Shown here: positions 47,951 through 56,315 of the stretch, one piece after another
How the letters are laid out: every line of letters begins with the position of its first letter
How positions within the stretch are numbered: the first letter of the stretch is position 1
Source of the DNA: an uncultured archaeon
GTDB taxonomy: Archaea > Asgardarchaeota > Lokiarchaeia > Sigyniarchaeales > SOKP01
Reading direction: 5' to 3'
Length of the DNA stretch: 64,000 nucleotides
Assembly: GCA_964409945.1 (NCBI GenBank)
Contig: CAYPFJ010000007.1
Location: forward strand, 18,635 to 82,634
Notes under the pieces: model-generated
What the model saw: the letters and a program-made list of their open reading frames with translations, nothing else
The model's database searches: none
What the model was told of the DNA's origin: nothing
Program-made: the position numbers and the translations under genes

Positions 47951-48184
47951 TTATTGTCCCCTTTTTATTTTTTTATTGATTTTAATCGTTTCAATGATGA
48001 TTTCTTTAATTGATTTATGTGGATATCTCTCTCTTTCAGTTTTAATATAATTATTTAAATTAAAATTACATAGTTCAAAAAAAAGTGATATGGAAGTTTC
48101 AATTGGAATTTTTTTCATTAGTTCTATTCTTCCTTTAAAATCTCGTGCTCTTTTTCTAAATTTATTGTTTAATTCACTTGTCAT
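47951..48184 (-). CDS. Hypothetical small protein, operonic with the NTase-like gene (3-nt spacer)
   Basis: 77-aa basic ORF. Its stop at 47951-53 lies just upstream of the NTase ATG (47945-47). Confidence 0.35.
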   Translation of the reverse strand: MTSELNNKFRKRARDFKGRIELMKKIPIETSISLFFELCNFNLNNYIKTERERYPHKSIKEIIIETIKINKKIKRGQ

Positions 48185-48408
48185 TTATTTTTCCATTAAA
48201 ATTTTAATTTAATAATATTGGTTCCTTTAAATATAATAATAGGAAACGGATTTATTAATATTTGAGAATCACATATTTTCTAAAAATAATTGAATATAGA
48301 ACTCATAAAGAGAAAGGCTAATTTCAATAAAAAAGCCAATACCTTATGATCTAGTGAGAAAGATTGTGGAGTTTAGAGTAAAGGAAAATTTAGATAAGTA
48401 ATACTTTA

Positions 48409-48726
48409 TTAGTACTCGAATTCATTCACAATTTCGTAATGCTGCGAGAATTTATCGTGTTTCAAAAGAACTTCTTGTGCTTTTTGAGGAACGTAGGATT
48501 TTTCATACTTTTCCCCTGCAAATTCTTTAACAGAACTCAAATTATCAAATATCATTATGGTAATAAATTCAACTTCTTTTTCCAAAGAACGTCTTAAAAG
48601 ACTTATTTTTCTATACCCTTTTATATTTCTATTTTTAATGGATGGAAATATTTCATTTCTAAGTAATTCTTCATAAGTATTAGCATTTTTAAATGAGGTC
48701 CAACCATGCCAGATTCTTGCAATCAT
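48409..48726 (-). CDS. Antibiotic-biosynthesis-monooxygenase (ABM, dimeric alpha/beta barrel) family protein
   Basis: MIARIWHGWT.. start, ..EFITIMIFDNLSSVKEFAGEKYEKSYVP..HYEIV pattern. 105 aa. Confidence 0.6.
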   Translation of the reverse strand: MIARIWHGWTSFKNANTYEELLRNEIFPSIKNRNIKGYRKISLLRRSLEKEVEFITIMIFDNLSSVKEFAGEKYEKSYVPQKAQEVLLKHDKFSQHYEIVNEFEY

Positions 48727-48954
48727 TTCACATCACTTCAGCTAATTAATTATTATTTTTTAAATATAAAAAAATAATTCAAGAACATTAAATGTTATTC
48801 ATAATTTTAATTAACTTCTAAATTGAATATCCGATTCGTAAAACTAAAAATACTATATTTATATTTAAAACATCTAATTAAAGACTGGTGTTCTATAATA
48901 ATTATAATCTAAACATAAATTATTTATCTTTTTTTTAATTTTCTGATATGAATT

Positions 48955-49260
48955 ATGGAAGAAGTTCCAGAAGAGAAAAAAATTGTAAGAATTGATCAAG
49001 TATTTGTGGTCGGAGGAAGTTTTGATGAGCCTTCAGATTTTACAAACAAGGTTAATCGAAATCTTTTACTTTTACATGAAAGCAAAAAATACTATAAAAT
49101 TAAAGATATAAAGTTCAATATTTTTAATGACCAACGCTTTCCTCAATCAACTCCTATATACCTAGCCTTTATTGTTGCTGAAGTAGATGTAGATGTTACC
49201 CCAGAACCAGAAAAAAAAAGAAAGAAGAAAAAGAAGCAAAAGAAAAAGAAGAGAATCTGA
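48955..49260 (+). CDS. Hypothetical protein with poly-Lys C-terminal tail
   Basis: 101-aa ORF ending EPEKKRKKKKKQKKKKRI, encoded by a purine tract at 49206-49257. Confidence 0.3.
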   Translation: MEEVPEEKKIVRIDQVFVVGGSFDEPSDFTNKVNRNLLLLHESKKYYKIKDIKFNIFNDQRFPQSTPIYLAFIVAEVDVDVTPEPEKKRKKKKKQKKKKRI

Positions 49261-49460
49261 TAATATTATTATACTTTTAACTCCTGAAGTTATACCACAG
49301 ATAATAGAGGCTTTAGTTGAGAATAGCAACAAAAGTTCATTAACTTAAAATCTATTTTATAATTACAATTGATACATTTACCTTATTTTTTAAACTAAAA
49401 TTCAATGATGGGTTCCCATTCCCTTAGTAGAATCATTCAATTGTTATTATATGATAATTT

Positions 49461-49988
49461 TTATCTGAATATTGTGTGATAAATTATTCTTTCTATTTTT
49501 CGCAAATGTTCATATAATGCACTCCGAGAAATTTTAAAATGAGTAGAGATTTTCTTTGAATTGATTCTACGAGGTATTTCAAAATATCCATGCTGAATAG
49601 CGTAATACACAATTTCTTTCTGACGGTCTGTTAATTTTAAAAAAAGATTTTCATAGTTAGGATGTATATGAGATATGCTTAGAATCTCCAATTCTCTATT
49701 ATAAAAGTAATTTAGGGAAGCAACAAATTCATCAATATTTTTACTTTCTGTTATAATACTTACTAAAAGACGATCTTGATCTAAAATAATAGGAGGATCG
49801 ATAATCAGATCTAGTTTATCGAGGAATTCTTTGGTTTCCTTAACCCAGTTATGCTTAGAAAAGAAAATAAATGATCTCTTGTTTTCAGCATTTCATGATC
49901 TTTCCCTTTTTTTTTCTTCTTGTGGACTAATAATTATCAATTTCCTCCAAAAAGTCGAATATAAAGGGTGGGTTATCGTTCCCTTCAT
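49461..49988 (-). pseudogene. Bat-type HTH_10 transcriptional regulator; reading frame open for 175 codons but interrupted by one in-frame TGA (49893..49895)
   Basis: The C-terminal LTDRQKEIVYYAIQHGYFEIPRRINSKKISTHFKISRSALYEHLRKIERII is an HTH_10 domain. The frame stays open 67 codons upstream of the track's TTG with no start codon. The only ATG (49986-88) lies beyond the TGA: MKGTITHPLYSTFWRKLIIISPQEEKKRERS[TGA]NAENKRSF... Confidence 0.45.
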
Positions 49989-50064
49989 AGAATTAATAAT
50001 CTTAATAATTTGTCCTAAATTAAGTATGATGATCAATAATGTTAATATTTTCTAGGTACTTAAA

Positions 50065-51405
50065 ATGAAAAAAAAAGTTATTATCATTGGAGCATTAGGT
50101 TATGATTTTCACGTTTTTAACACAGTCTTTAGAGACAATGAAGAATATGAAGTTATAGCGTTTACTATTGCTGGAGAACAAAATGTAGGTACTACTGATG
50201 AGACTGAAAGGAAATTTCCTACCGCATTGGCGGGTAAATTATATCCTAATGGAATTCCGATGGTCTCAGAAGATTTACTTGAAGATTATATAAGAAAATA
50301 TGAAGTAGATGAAGTAGTATTTGCTTATTCGGATGTTTCTCATGAAGAAGTTATGCATAAAGCATCGAGAGCTCTTGCTGCAGGTGCTAATTACCGATTA
50401 ATTTCTGGAAGATTTACTCAACTTAAATCTAATAAACCCGTAGTTGCAATCTGTGCGGTAAGAACTGGATGTGGTAAAAGCCAAGTTTCTCGAGCTACAT
50501 ATCGATATTTACAGAGTAAGGGATATAAAGTTGTAGCAATTCGTGAACCAATGCCTTATGGCGATTTAGTCCAACAAAATGTTATGAGATTTGAGAAATA
50601 TGAAGATCTAGATACATACGATTGCACTATTGAAGAACGTGAAGAATATGAACCATATATTAGACAAGGATTAGTGATCTATTCTGGAGTCGATTACGAG
50701 AAGATAATTAGAGAAGCTGAGAAAGAAGCAGATGTAATTATTTTTGATGGGGGAAATAATGAGATTTCTTTCTATATTACTGATTTATTATTTGTCGTTG
50801 TAGATCCTTTAAGACCTGGACATGAGAATAAATACCATCCTGGAGAAGTGAATGCTAGGTATGCAGATGTTTTTGTAATAAATAAAATGGATAGTGCGAG
50901 ACCAGAAGATGTAAAGATCGTAGAAAAAAATCTGAATGAATTGAATTCAAACGCAATAAGAGTGTATACAAATTCAGTTGTCAAAGCAGAAGATCCTTTA
51001 AAATTAAAAGGAAAGAAAGTTGTAGTCGTAGAGGATGGACCAACATTAACTCATGGAGGTATGTCAATTGGTGCAGCATATGTTGCTGCTAAAAATGCAG
51101 AAGCAAAAATTGTAGACCCGAGAAAATATTTAGTAGGATCTATAAAAGAAATTTTCGAAGATTTCCCTCAAATTACCCAGATTGTTCCTGCTATGGGATA
51201 CACTGACCAACAAATAGATGATTTAGAAAAAACACTCAATAATGTGAAGGCGGACATTATTTTAAATGGAAGTCCTATTGATCTAACCAAATTAATTAAA
51301 GCTAATAAGCCAATTGTGAAAGTATCGTATGATATTGAGTCAATTGGAAGTCCTACGATTGAAGAAGTCCTTGATAATTTTATTAAAAAATTTTTAAAAA
51401 AATAG
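50065..51405 (+). CDS. COG2403-type P-loop protein (predicted GTPase / cyclic 2,3-diphosphoglycerate-synthetase-like family)
   Basis: KVIIIGALGYDFHVFNTVFRDNEEYEVIAFT.., VVFAYSDVSHEEVMH, Walker A-like AVRTGCGKSQV, IREPMPYGD. 446 aa. Family recalled from archaeal homologs. Confidence 0.55.
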   Translation: MKKKVIIIGALGYDFHVFNTVFRDNEEYEVIAFTIAGEQNVGTTDETERKFPTALAGKLYPNGIPMVSEDLLEDYIRKYEVDEVVFAYSDVSHEEVMHKASRALAAGANYRLISGRFTQLKSNKPVVAICAVRTGCGKSQVSRATYRYLQSKGYKVVAIREPMPYGDLVQQNVMRFEKYEDLDTYDCTIEEREEYEPYIRQGLVIYSGVDYEKIIREAEKEADVIIFDGGNNEISFYITDLLFVVVDPLRPGHENKYHPGEVNARYADVFVINKMDSARPEDVKIVEKNLNELNSNAIRVYTNSVVKAEDPLKLKGKKVVVVEDGPTLTHGGMSIGAAYVAAKNAEAKIVDPRKYLVGSIKEIFEDFPQITQIVPAMGYTDQQIDDLEKTLNNVKADIILNGSPIDLTKLIKANKPIVKVSYDIESIGSPTIEEVLDNFIKKFLKK

Positions 51406-51447
51406 TTTATTTTTTTAATTAAATTCTAAAATCTCATCCTCTAATTT

Positions 51448-51654
51448 TTACGTCTTAACCTTTTTCAAGTAATAAATGTAGATAATGAGCCCTACAGCGA
51501 ATACACCAATATCCATTAATAAAGCTCCAAACCAGGTACTATACACTCCAAGTCCTATATTTACAGTATCATCAAAGAGAAGTGGTACTCCAGTAGCGTT
51601 AGGGTCTATTACACTCATTGGCCATCCAATGAAGTCTAAAACCCAATGGCTAAA
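51448..51654 (-). pseudogene. 3' fragment (C-terminal ~68 aa) of a paralog of membrane protein 52792..53301
   Basis: Own translation: (FS)HWVLDFIGWPMSVIDPNATGVPLLFDDTVNIGLGVYSTWFGALLMDIGVFAVGLIIYIYYLKKVKT*, versus FSHWILDFIGWPISAINLNATGVPLLFDDAVNIGLGVYSTWFGALLMDIGVFVVGLGIYIHYAKNKKIK*. Confidence 0.65.
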
Positions 51655-51996
51655 AATAGTGGAGCTACTATCGTTGATCCTAAACCCTATTTATCAGGCA
51701 CAATCAAATCAGTATTTGAAGAATTTCCTCAGATTACTGAAATTGTTCCCGCAATGAGATATAATGACCAACAAATTAAGGATATGGAAGATACTCTAAA
51801 TAATGCTGAAGCTGAACTTATTATTGATGGAAGTCCAATAAATCTTGAAAAATTAATCAAGAGCAATAAACCAATTGTAAGAGTCAGCTACGATATCGAA
51901 GCTATAAAAAGTCCAACAATAGAAGAAGTGCTTGATATTTTTATTGAGAAAAATCTTTACATTTCTTTTTATCTTTTTAAATTTTCTATATTATAA
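51649..51996 (+). pseudogene. 3' fragment (C-terminal ~100 aa) of a paralog of COG2403-type gene 50065..51405
   Basis: AKNSGATIVDPKPYLSGTIKSVFEEFPQITEIVPAMRYNDQQIKDMEDTLNNAEAELIIDGSPINLEKLIKSNKPIVRVSYDIEAIKSPTIEEVLDIF, versus AKNAEAKIVDPRKYLVGSIKEIFEDFPQITQIVPAMGYTDQQIDDLEKTLNNVKADIILNGSPIDLTKLIKANKPIVKVSYDIESIGSPTIEEVLDNF. Confidence 0.7.
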
Positions 51997-52748
51997 TGGT
52001 TAAAAAAAGAAAAAAACAGGTAAAACGTGGTCATCCAATAGCAATTCTCATTGGTCTACATGATAATAATGCTGTATTTTGGAGAATATTTAGTGAGAAT
52101 ATTAGGCTACACTTTAGGATAAAACGTGGAAGGAAGAGAAGGAATCAAGATAAAAAACAATTGTATCATTTTCATGAGGAAATCATTAACATATTAAGAC
52201 CTATAGTTAAAGAAGGTATTAGAAGTGTAATACTGCTCTCCCCACCGAAAGAAGAATATTCTAATGAGTTTCTTAATCACGTTAATAAACATCATTCATG
52301 GCTATTAAAAAAAGGAGATAATCAAGTTGTTTTTTCTAAGATCATAGGTAATCAGGCAAAAACTCAAAAAGATGTATATTACCTAAAAACTCAAAATTAT
52401 TTTAAAGATATCGTTGATAAAACTTCAAATCAAGAGGGGTTGCTGATATTAGAAGAACTGACAGAAATAATTAACAAAAATGAGAAATTCTCAAAAATTC
52501 TTTATACTTGGAGAGAAATCGATACTGAACTAAGACTAATTAAACAAAATCCTAATCTTCCTAAGCCAAATTATATTATCTTAACTGAAGAATATCTAAA
52601 AAATCCAAAAAATAGAAATAAAACACATCGAATTTTACAGATCGCAAAAAATCTTGAAATTAAAACTAAAATTGTCAAGCTAGAATCCAAGGCGGGTGCT
52701 ATCGTAGAACAATTTGGAGGATTAATTTGTTATTTTAGAAAAAATTGA
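51996..52748 (+). CDS. eRF1/Pelota-like protein comprising only the central and C-terminal domains; no GGQ motif
   Basis: HPIAILIGLHDNNAVFWRIF.. (compare YGIVAMDEDEAQIFLI in Pelota), IRSVILLSPPKEEYSNEF (compare IIILGPGFARDRF), C-terminal KAGAIVEQFGGLICYFRK (compare GQIVKKFGGFAGILRYR). The start overlaps the stop of the upstream fragment (TAATG, 51994-51998). Confidence 0.5.
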   Translation: MVKKRKKQVKRGHPIAILIGLHDNNAVFWRIFSENIRLHFRIKRGRKRRNQDKKQLYHFHEEIINILRPIVKEGIRSVILLSPPKEEYSNEFLNHVNKHHSWLLKKGDNQVVFSKIIGNQAKTQKDVYYLKTQNYFKDIVDKTSNQEGLLILEELTEIINKNEKFSKILYTWREIDTELRLIKQNPNLPKPNYIILTEEYLKNPKNRNKTHRILQIAKNLEIKTKIVKLESKAGAIVEQFGGLICYFRKN

Positions 52749-52791
52749 TAATAGTAATTATTTCAACCTTATCTTAAGAAAATTCATCAAT

Positions 52792-53301
52792 TTATTTTAT
52801 CTTCTTATTTTTTGCGTAATGAATGTAAATCCCGAGTCCTACGACAAACACACCGATATCCATTAATAACGCTCCAAACCAGGTACTGTATACTCCGAGT
52901 CCTATGTTTACGGCGTCATCAAAGAGAAGTGGTACTCCTGTAGCATTCAGGTTTATGGCACTTATTGGCCAACCAATGAAGTCTAAAATCCAGTGGCTAA
53001 AAACAAGAAGTCCTATAATCAAGGTAGCATTTAAGTTTACGAGACTACAGCTTATTGATTTGGTTATTTTATCTTGCTCATTCTTTGAGTTTAGACGCAT
53101 TGTAATGAATGCTGTTATTAACATAGCAATAACTGTCCAAATAACTGACATAAAAAGCCCATGCGAAATCCAAATTGCAAATAAAAACATAAAAGACAAG
53201 ATATCGATAAACATGGCTGCTATTAATAATGCCCAAAGGGGTATTTGAGGAGCAAATCGCTTAGTCGCTAAACCAATTCCAATATGAGCAAATGCAGGCA
53301 T
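52792..53301 (-). CDS. Multi-pass membrane protein (DUF457/YdjM-like membrane-bound hydrolase family, tentative)
   Basis: MPAFAHIGIGLA.. start and 4-5 hydrophobic helices. 169 aa. Confidence 0.45.
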   Translation of the reverse strand: MPAFAHIGIGLATKRFAPQIPLWALLIAAMFIDILSFMFLFAIWISHGLFMSVIWTVIAMLITAFITMRLNSKNEQDKITKSISCSLVNLNATLIIGLLVFSHWILDFIGWPISAINLNATGVPLLFDDAVNIGLGVYSTWFGALLMDIGVFVVGLGIYIHYAKNKKIK

Positions 53302-53374
53302 AATATTTGAATAATTTATAATAATAATAAATCTTAACTAGCCAAAATTTTAATAATTGCAATAGGGAAGAAAA

Positions 53375-53953
53375 ATGGAAAAATCCAAAATATTAATTGC
53401 GTATGGCACTCGTTATGGAGCAACAGCTAGTACTGCTGAAGAAATTGCTAAAGTTCTTCGAGATGAAGGATTTGAGGTAAAAGTTGTAAATCTCAAGGAA
53501 GAGAAGGTCAAAGATATCACAGAATATGAACTCGTTATTATTGGAAGTGGAATGAAAATGAATATGTGGACGAGAAAAGCTAAAACATTTTTGAACAAGT
53601 TTAGCTCTGAGCTCAAGAATAAGAAAGTGGCAATCTTTGTATCTTCAGGTGGGCGAGCACTCATGGAATATAAAGGAGAACATGATGAGATTAGTAGAAT
53701 TACTAAAAAATATCTTGAAGATAAAGCTTCTAAATATGATTTGAATCCAATATCGATGACCATGTTTGGAGGTATCTGGGATTATAATCAGATGGGTAAT
53801 ATTTATAGAAAAATCTTAGATTCTGAAAAAGAAAATTTCATTCCAGCAGGTTTTAAGGAAACAGAGCCAGGAGTTTACGATTCAAGAAATTGGGATGAAA
53901 TTCGTAAATGGGCTAAAGATTTAGCGAGTAAGATACGAAACAACCCAAAATAA
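53375..53953 (+). CDS. Flavodoxin-domain protein (Flavodoxin_5/HemG-like)
   Basis: KILIAYGTRYGATASTAEEIAKVLRDEGFEVKVVNL and VIIGSGM. 192 aa. Confidence 0.7.
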   Translation: MEKSKILIAYGTRYGATASTAEEIAKVLRDEGFEVKVVNLKEEKVKDITEYELVIIGSGMKMNMWTRKAKTFLNKFSSELKNKKVAIFVSSGGRALMEYKGEHDEISRITKKYLEDKASKYDLNPISMTMFGGIWDYNQMGNIYRKILDSEKENFIPAGFKETEPGVYDSRNWDEIRKWAKDLASKIRNNPK

Positions 53954-54097
53954 AGTATATTTTTTTAATTTCTTTTTTTCTAATATTTCTATTAAAACTT
54001 AGTTAAATAATATTTAATTCCTAAGTCTCATTAAATCATCCATAGTTTAAAATCATGTTTTAAATTTAATAACTAGAACTTAATTGAGTGAAAATCT

Positions 54098-56278
54098 ATG
54101 ATTCTAGCAGAGAAGAAATATGAAATCCAAGATGTCCAAAAAGGCTATGCAAATCGGACCTTATATATCAATCTTTCTAAAAATGAGATTGTTATAAAAC
54201 CAGTTTCTGATGAAATGAAAGAAAAATTCATCGGGGGGAAGGGTTTTGATTTATGGTTAATGTGGAATTCAATTCCGAAAGATAAAGCAATTAAGTGGGA
54301 TGATCCTGAAAATGAAATATGTATATCCTCTGGACCATTAGGAGGGAGTATTTTTTATCCGGGATCAGGTAAATCATTGGTGACTTCAATTTCTCCCTTA
54401 ACAGGTATAATTGTGGATAGCAATGTAGGTGGTTACTTTGGACCATATCTTAAATTTTCTGGATTTGATGCTATTGAGATTCAAGGAAAAGCTGAACATA
54501 ATGTGATTATATATATCGATGGAATAGAAGGATCAATCCATATAAAAAAAGTAGAATATTCGGATGGATTTTCAGAATATTCCCATGAACTCACTCAACA
54601 ATTAACAGAAAAATATGCGAAAGATGATGCTGAAAAAAGACAAATTTCAGTTGTTAGCTCTGGTCCCGCTGCTAAACACTCAAAATGGGGGATGCTTAAT
54701 TTTTCTTGGTATACAATAACGCGTAAACATGCTTCTGTTAAGCAAGCCGGCAGAGGGGGGATAGGATCTGTATTTAGTGATAAACATATAAGAGCACTAG
54801 TTTGTCGTTCTCCTAGAGTAACAATAAAATCAAATAATCCCGCAGACTTAGAGGCTGCTAGAGAGTTGGGAAGAATTCATAGCAAAGAAATTGTAGAAAT
54901 GGATCCTTCACAAAATGAAATGAGAAGAGTTGGAACGGGTTATTTGCCAGATATAATGAATGTTGTGGATCTTCTTCCAACTGAAAACTTTCGGTATGGA
55001 TCTCATAAAGAGATTAAAGATAAAAATATACCATATAATCGTGAAGAGATGCGTAAAGTTTACCATGTTAAAGAAGGAACAGATGGATGTTGGATTGGAT
55101 GCACAATGAGTTGCTCACATTATACTCTTGGACATAAAGTTATGACTGGTCCATTTAAAGGGCAAGAAGTTATAGTTGAGGGACCAGAATATGAGACAAT
55201 AGCGGGATGTGGGTCAAATTGGGGTGTTTGGGATATAAAATGGGTACTAGAAACAAACTTTTACTGTGACACTTATGGATTAGACACAATTTCAGTAGGT
55301 ACTGGAATTGGTTTTGTGATGGAATGTTATGAAGAAGGCATAATAAATAAAAAGATCACAGGAGGACTTGAACTGAATTTTGGAAATGCTGAAGTTGCGT
55401 TAGAATTAATACACCAAATGGCCTTAGGAAAAGGATTTGGTCTTATAGTTGGTAAAGGAATAAGGGAAATGAAAAAATATTTCGCTGATAATTATGGTGC
55501 AGATCCTCAATTTCTACAGGATATTGGAATGGAACATAAAGGGTTAGAATTCTCAGAATATATAACAAAAGAGTCCCTCGCTCAACAAGGAGGATATGGT
55601 TTAGCACTAAAAGGGCCACAACATGATGAAGCTTGGTTAATTTTTGAAGATATGGTGAGAAACACAATTCCAACTTTTGAGGATAAAGCTAAGGCACTTC
55701 GATGGTTTCCCTATTGGCGTACTTGGTTTGGATTAAATGGTCTATGTAAACTTCCTTGGAATGATGCGATAGGACCTCAAAATAAGGAGCTTCCTGTGAA
55801 AAATCCTAAAACAGGAGAACTCCTACAAGCAAGGATACCTTACCATGTTGAATGGTATGCGAAATATTTTTCAGCGGTTACAGGGAGAAATTCAACTCCT
55901 GATAATCTCATAGTAATGTCGGAAAGAGTATACAACTTCCAAAGAATTTTCAATATAAGATTAGGTCAAGGGTTGCGTGAAGGGGATTCAAATTTCCCTT
56001 ATAGAGCAATGGGACCAGTAACACCATTAGAATATGAGAGTCGCCAAGAAAGATATGATACTCAACTTAAAGAATTAGGATTTGATATATCTGATAAAAA
56101 TACAGATGAAAAGATAAAAATTCTAAGAAAGCATCGTGAGGAACAATATTCAAAACTTCAAGATGCAGTCTATAAAGAACGCGGATGGAATCAAAATGGG
56201 TGTCCAACAATCGATAAAGTTGAAGAGTTAGGAATTGATTATGAAGATGTCGTAAAATTCATAAAACCTCATCAATGA
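54098..56278 (+). CDS. aor: Aldehyde:ferredoxin oxidoreductase family (tungstopterin) enzyme, long 726-aa form
   Basis: GYANRTLYINLSKNEIVIKPV..FIGGKGF N-domain, EGPEYETIAGCGSNWGV, DTISVGTGIGFVMECYEEG. Confidence 0.85.
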   Translation: MILAEKKYEIQDVQKGYANRTLYINLSKNEIVIKPVSDEMKEKFIGGKGFDLWLMWNSIPKDKAIKWDDPENEICISSGPLGGSIFYPGSGKSLVTSISPLTGIIVDSNVGGYFGPYLKFSGFDAIEIQGKAEHNVIIYIDGIEGSIHIKKVEYSDGFSEYSHELTQQLTEKYAKDDAEKRQISVVSSGPAAKHSKWGMLNFSWYTITRKHASVKQAGRGGIGSVFSDKHIRALVCRSPRVTIKSNNPADLEAARELGRIHSKEIVEMDPSQNEMRRVGTGYLPDIMNVVDLLPTENFRYGSHKEIKDKNIPYNREEMRKVYHVKEGTDGCWIGCTMSCSHYTLGHKVMTGPFKGQEVIVEGPEYETIAGCGSNWGVWDIKWVLETNFYCDTYGLDTISVGTGIGFVMECYEEGIINKKITGGLELNFGNAEVALELIHQMALGKGFGLIVGKGIREMKKYFADNYGADPQFLQDIGMEHKGLEFSEYITKESLAQQGGYGLALKGPQHDEAWLIFEDMVRNTIPTFEDKAKALRWFPYWRTWFGLNGLCKLPWNDAIGPQNKELPVKNPKTGELLQARIPYHVEWYAKYFSAVTGRNSTPDNLIVMSERVYNFQRIFNIRLGQGLREGDSNFPYRAMGPVTPLEYESRQERYDTQLKELGFDISDKNTDEKIKILRKHREEQYSKLQDAVYKERGWNQNGCPTIDKVEELGIDYEDVVKFIKPHQ

Positions 56279-56315
56279 ATATTCTTATTCTTAATAATTT
56301 TTAATTAGATTCCAG

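Noticed and set aside
49904-49912. Poly-A(9) slippage frameshift as the lesion in the HTH_10 gene
   Set aside because: Codon-by-codon translation shows the segments upstream and downstream of the tract are in the same frame. The only lesion is the TGA at 49893-95.
49831-50055. Track ORF (74 aa, +) between the HTH_10 and COG2403-type genes
   Set aside because: It is antisense to the open N-terminal extension of the HTH_10 gene and has no motif.
51485-53248. Track ORFs 51485..51757 (+) and 52904..53248 (+), which resemble each other (..SSKRSGTPVA..GxPMKSKxQWLK..)
   Set aside because: Their similarity arises because both are antisense to the two copies (fragment and full length) of the minus-strand membrane-protein gene. 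The real coding strand is minus.
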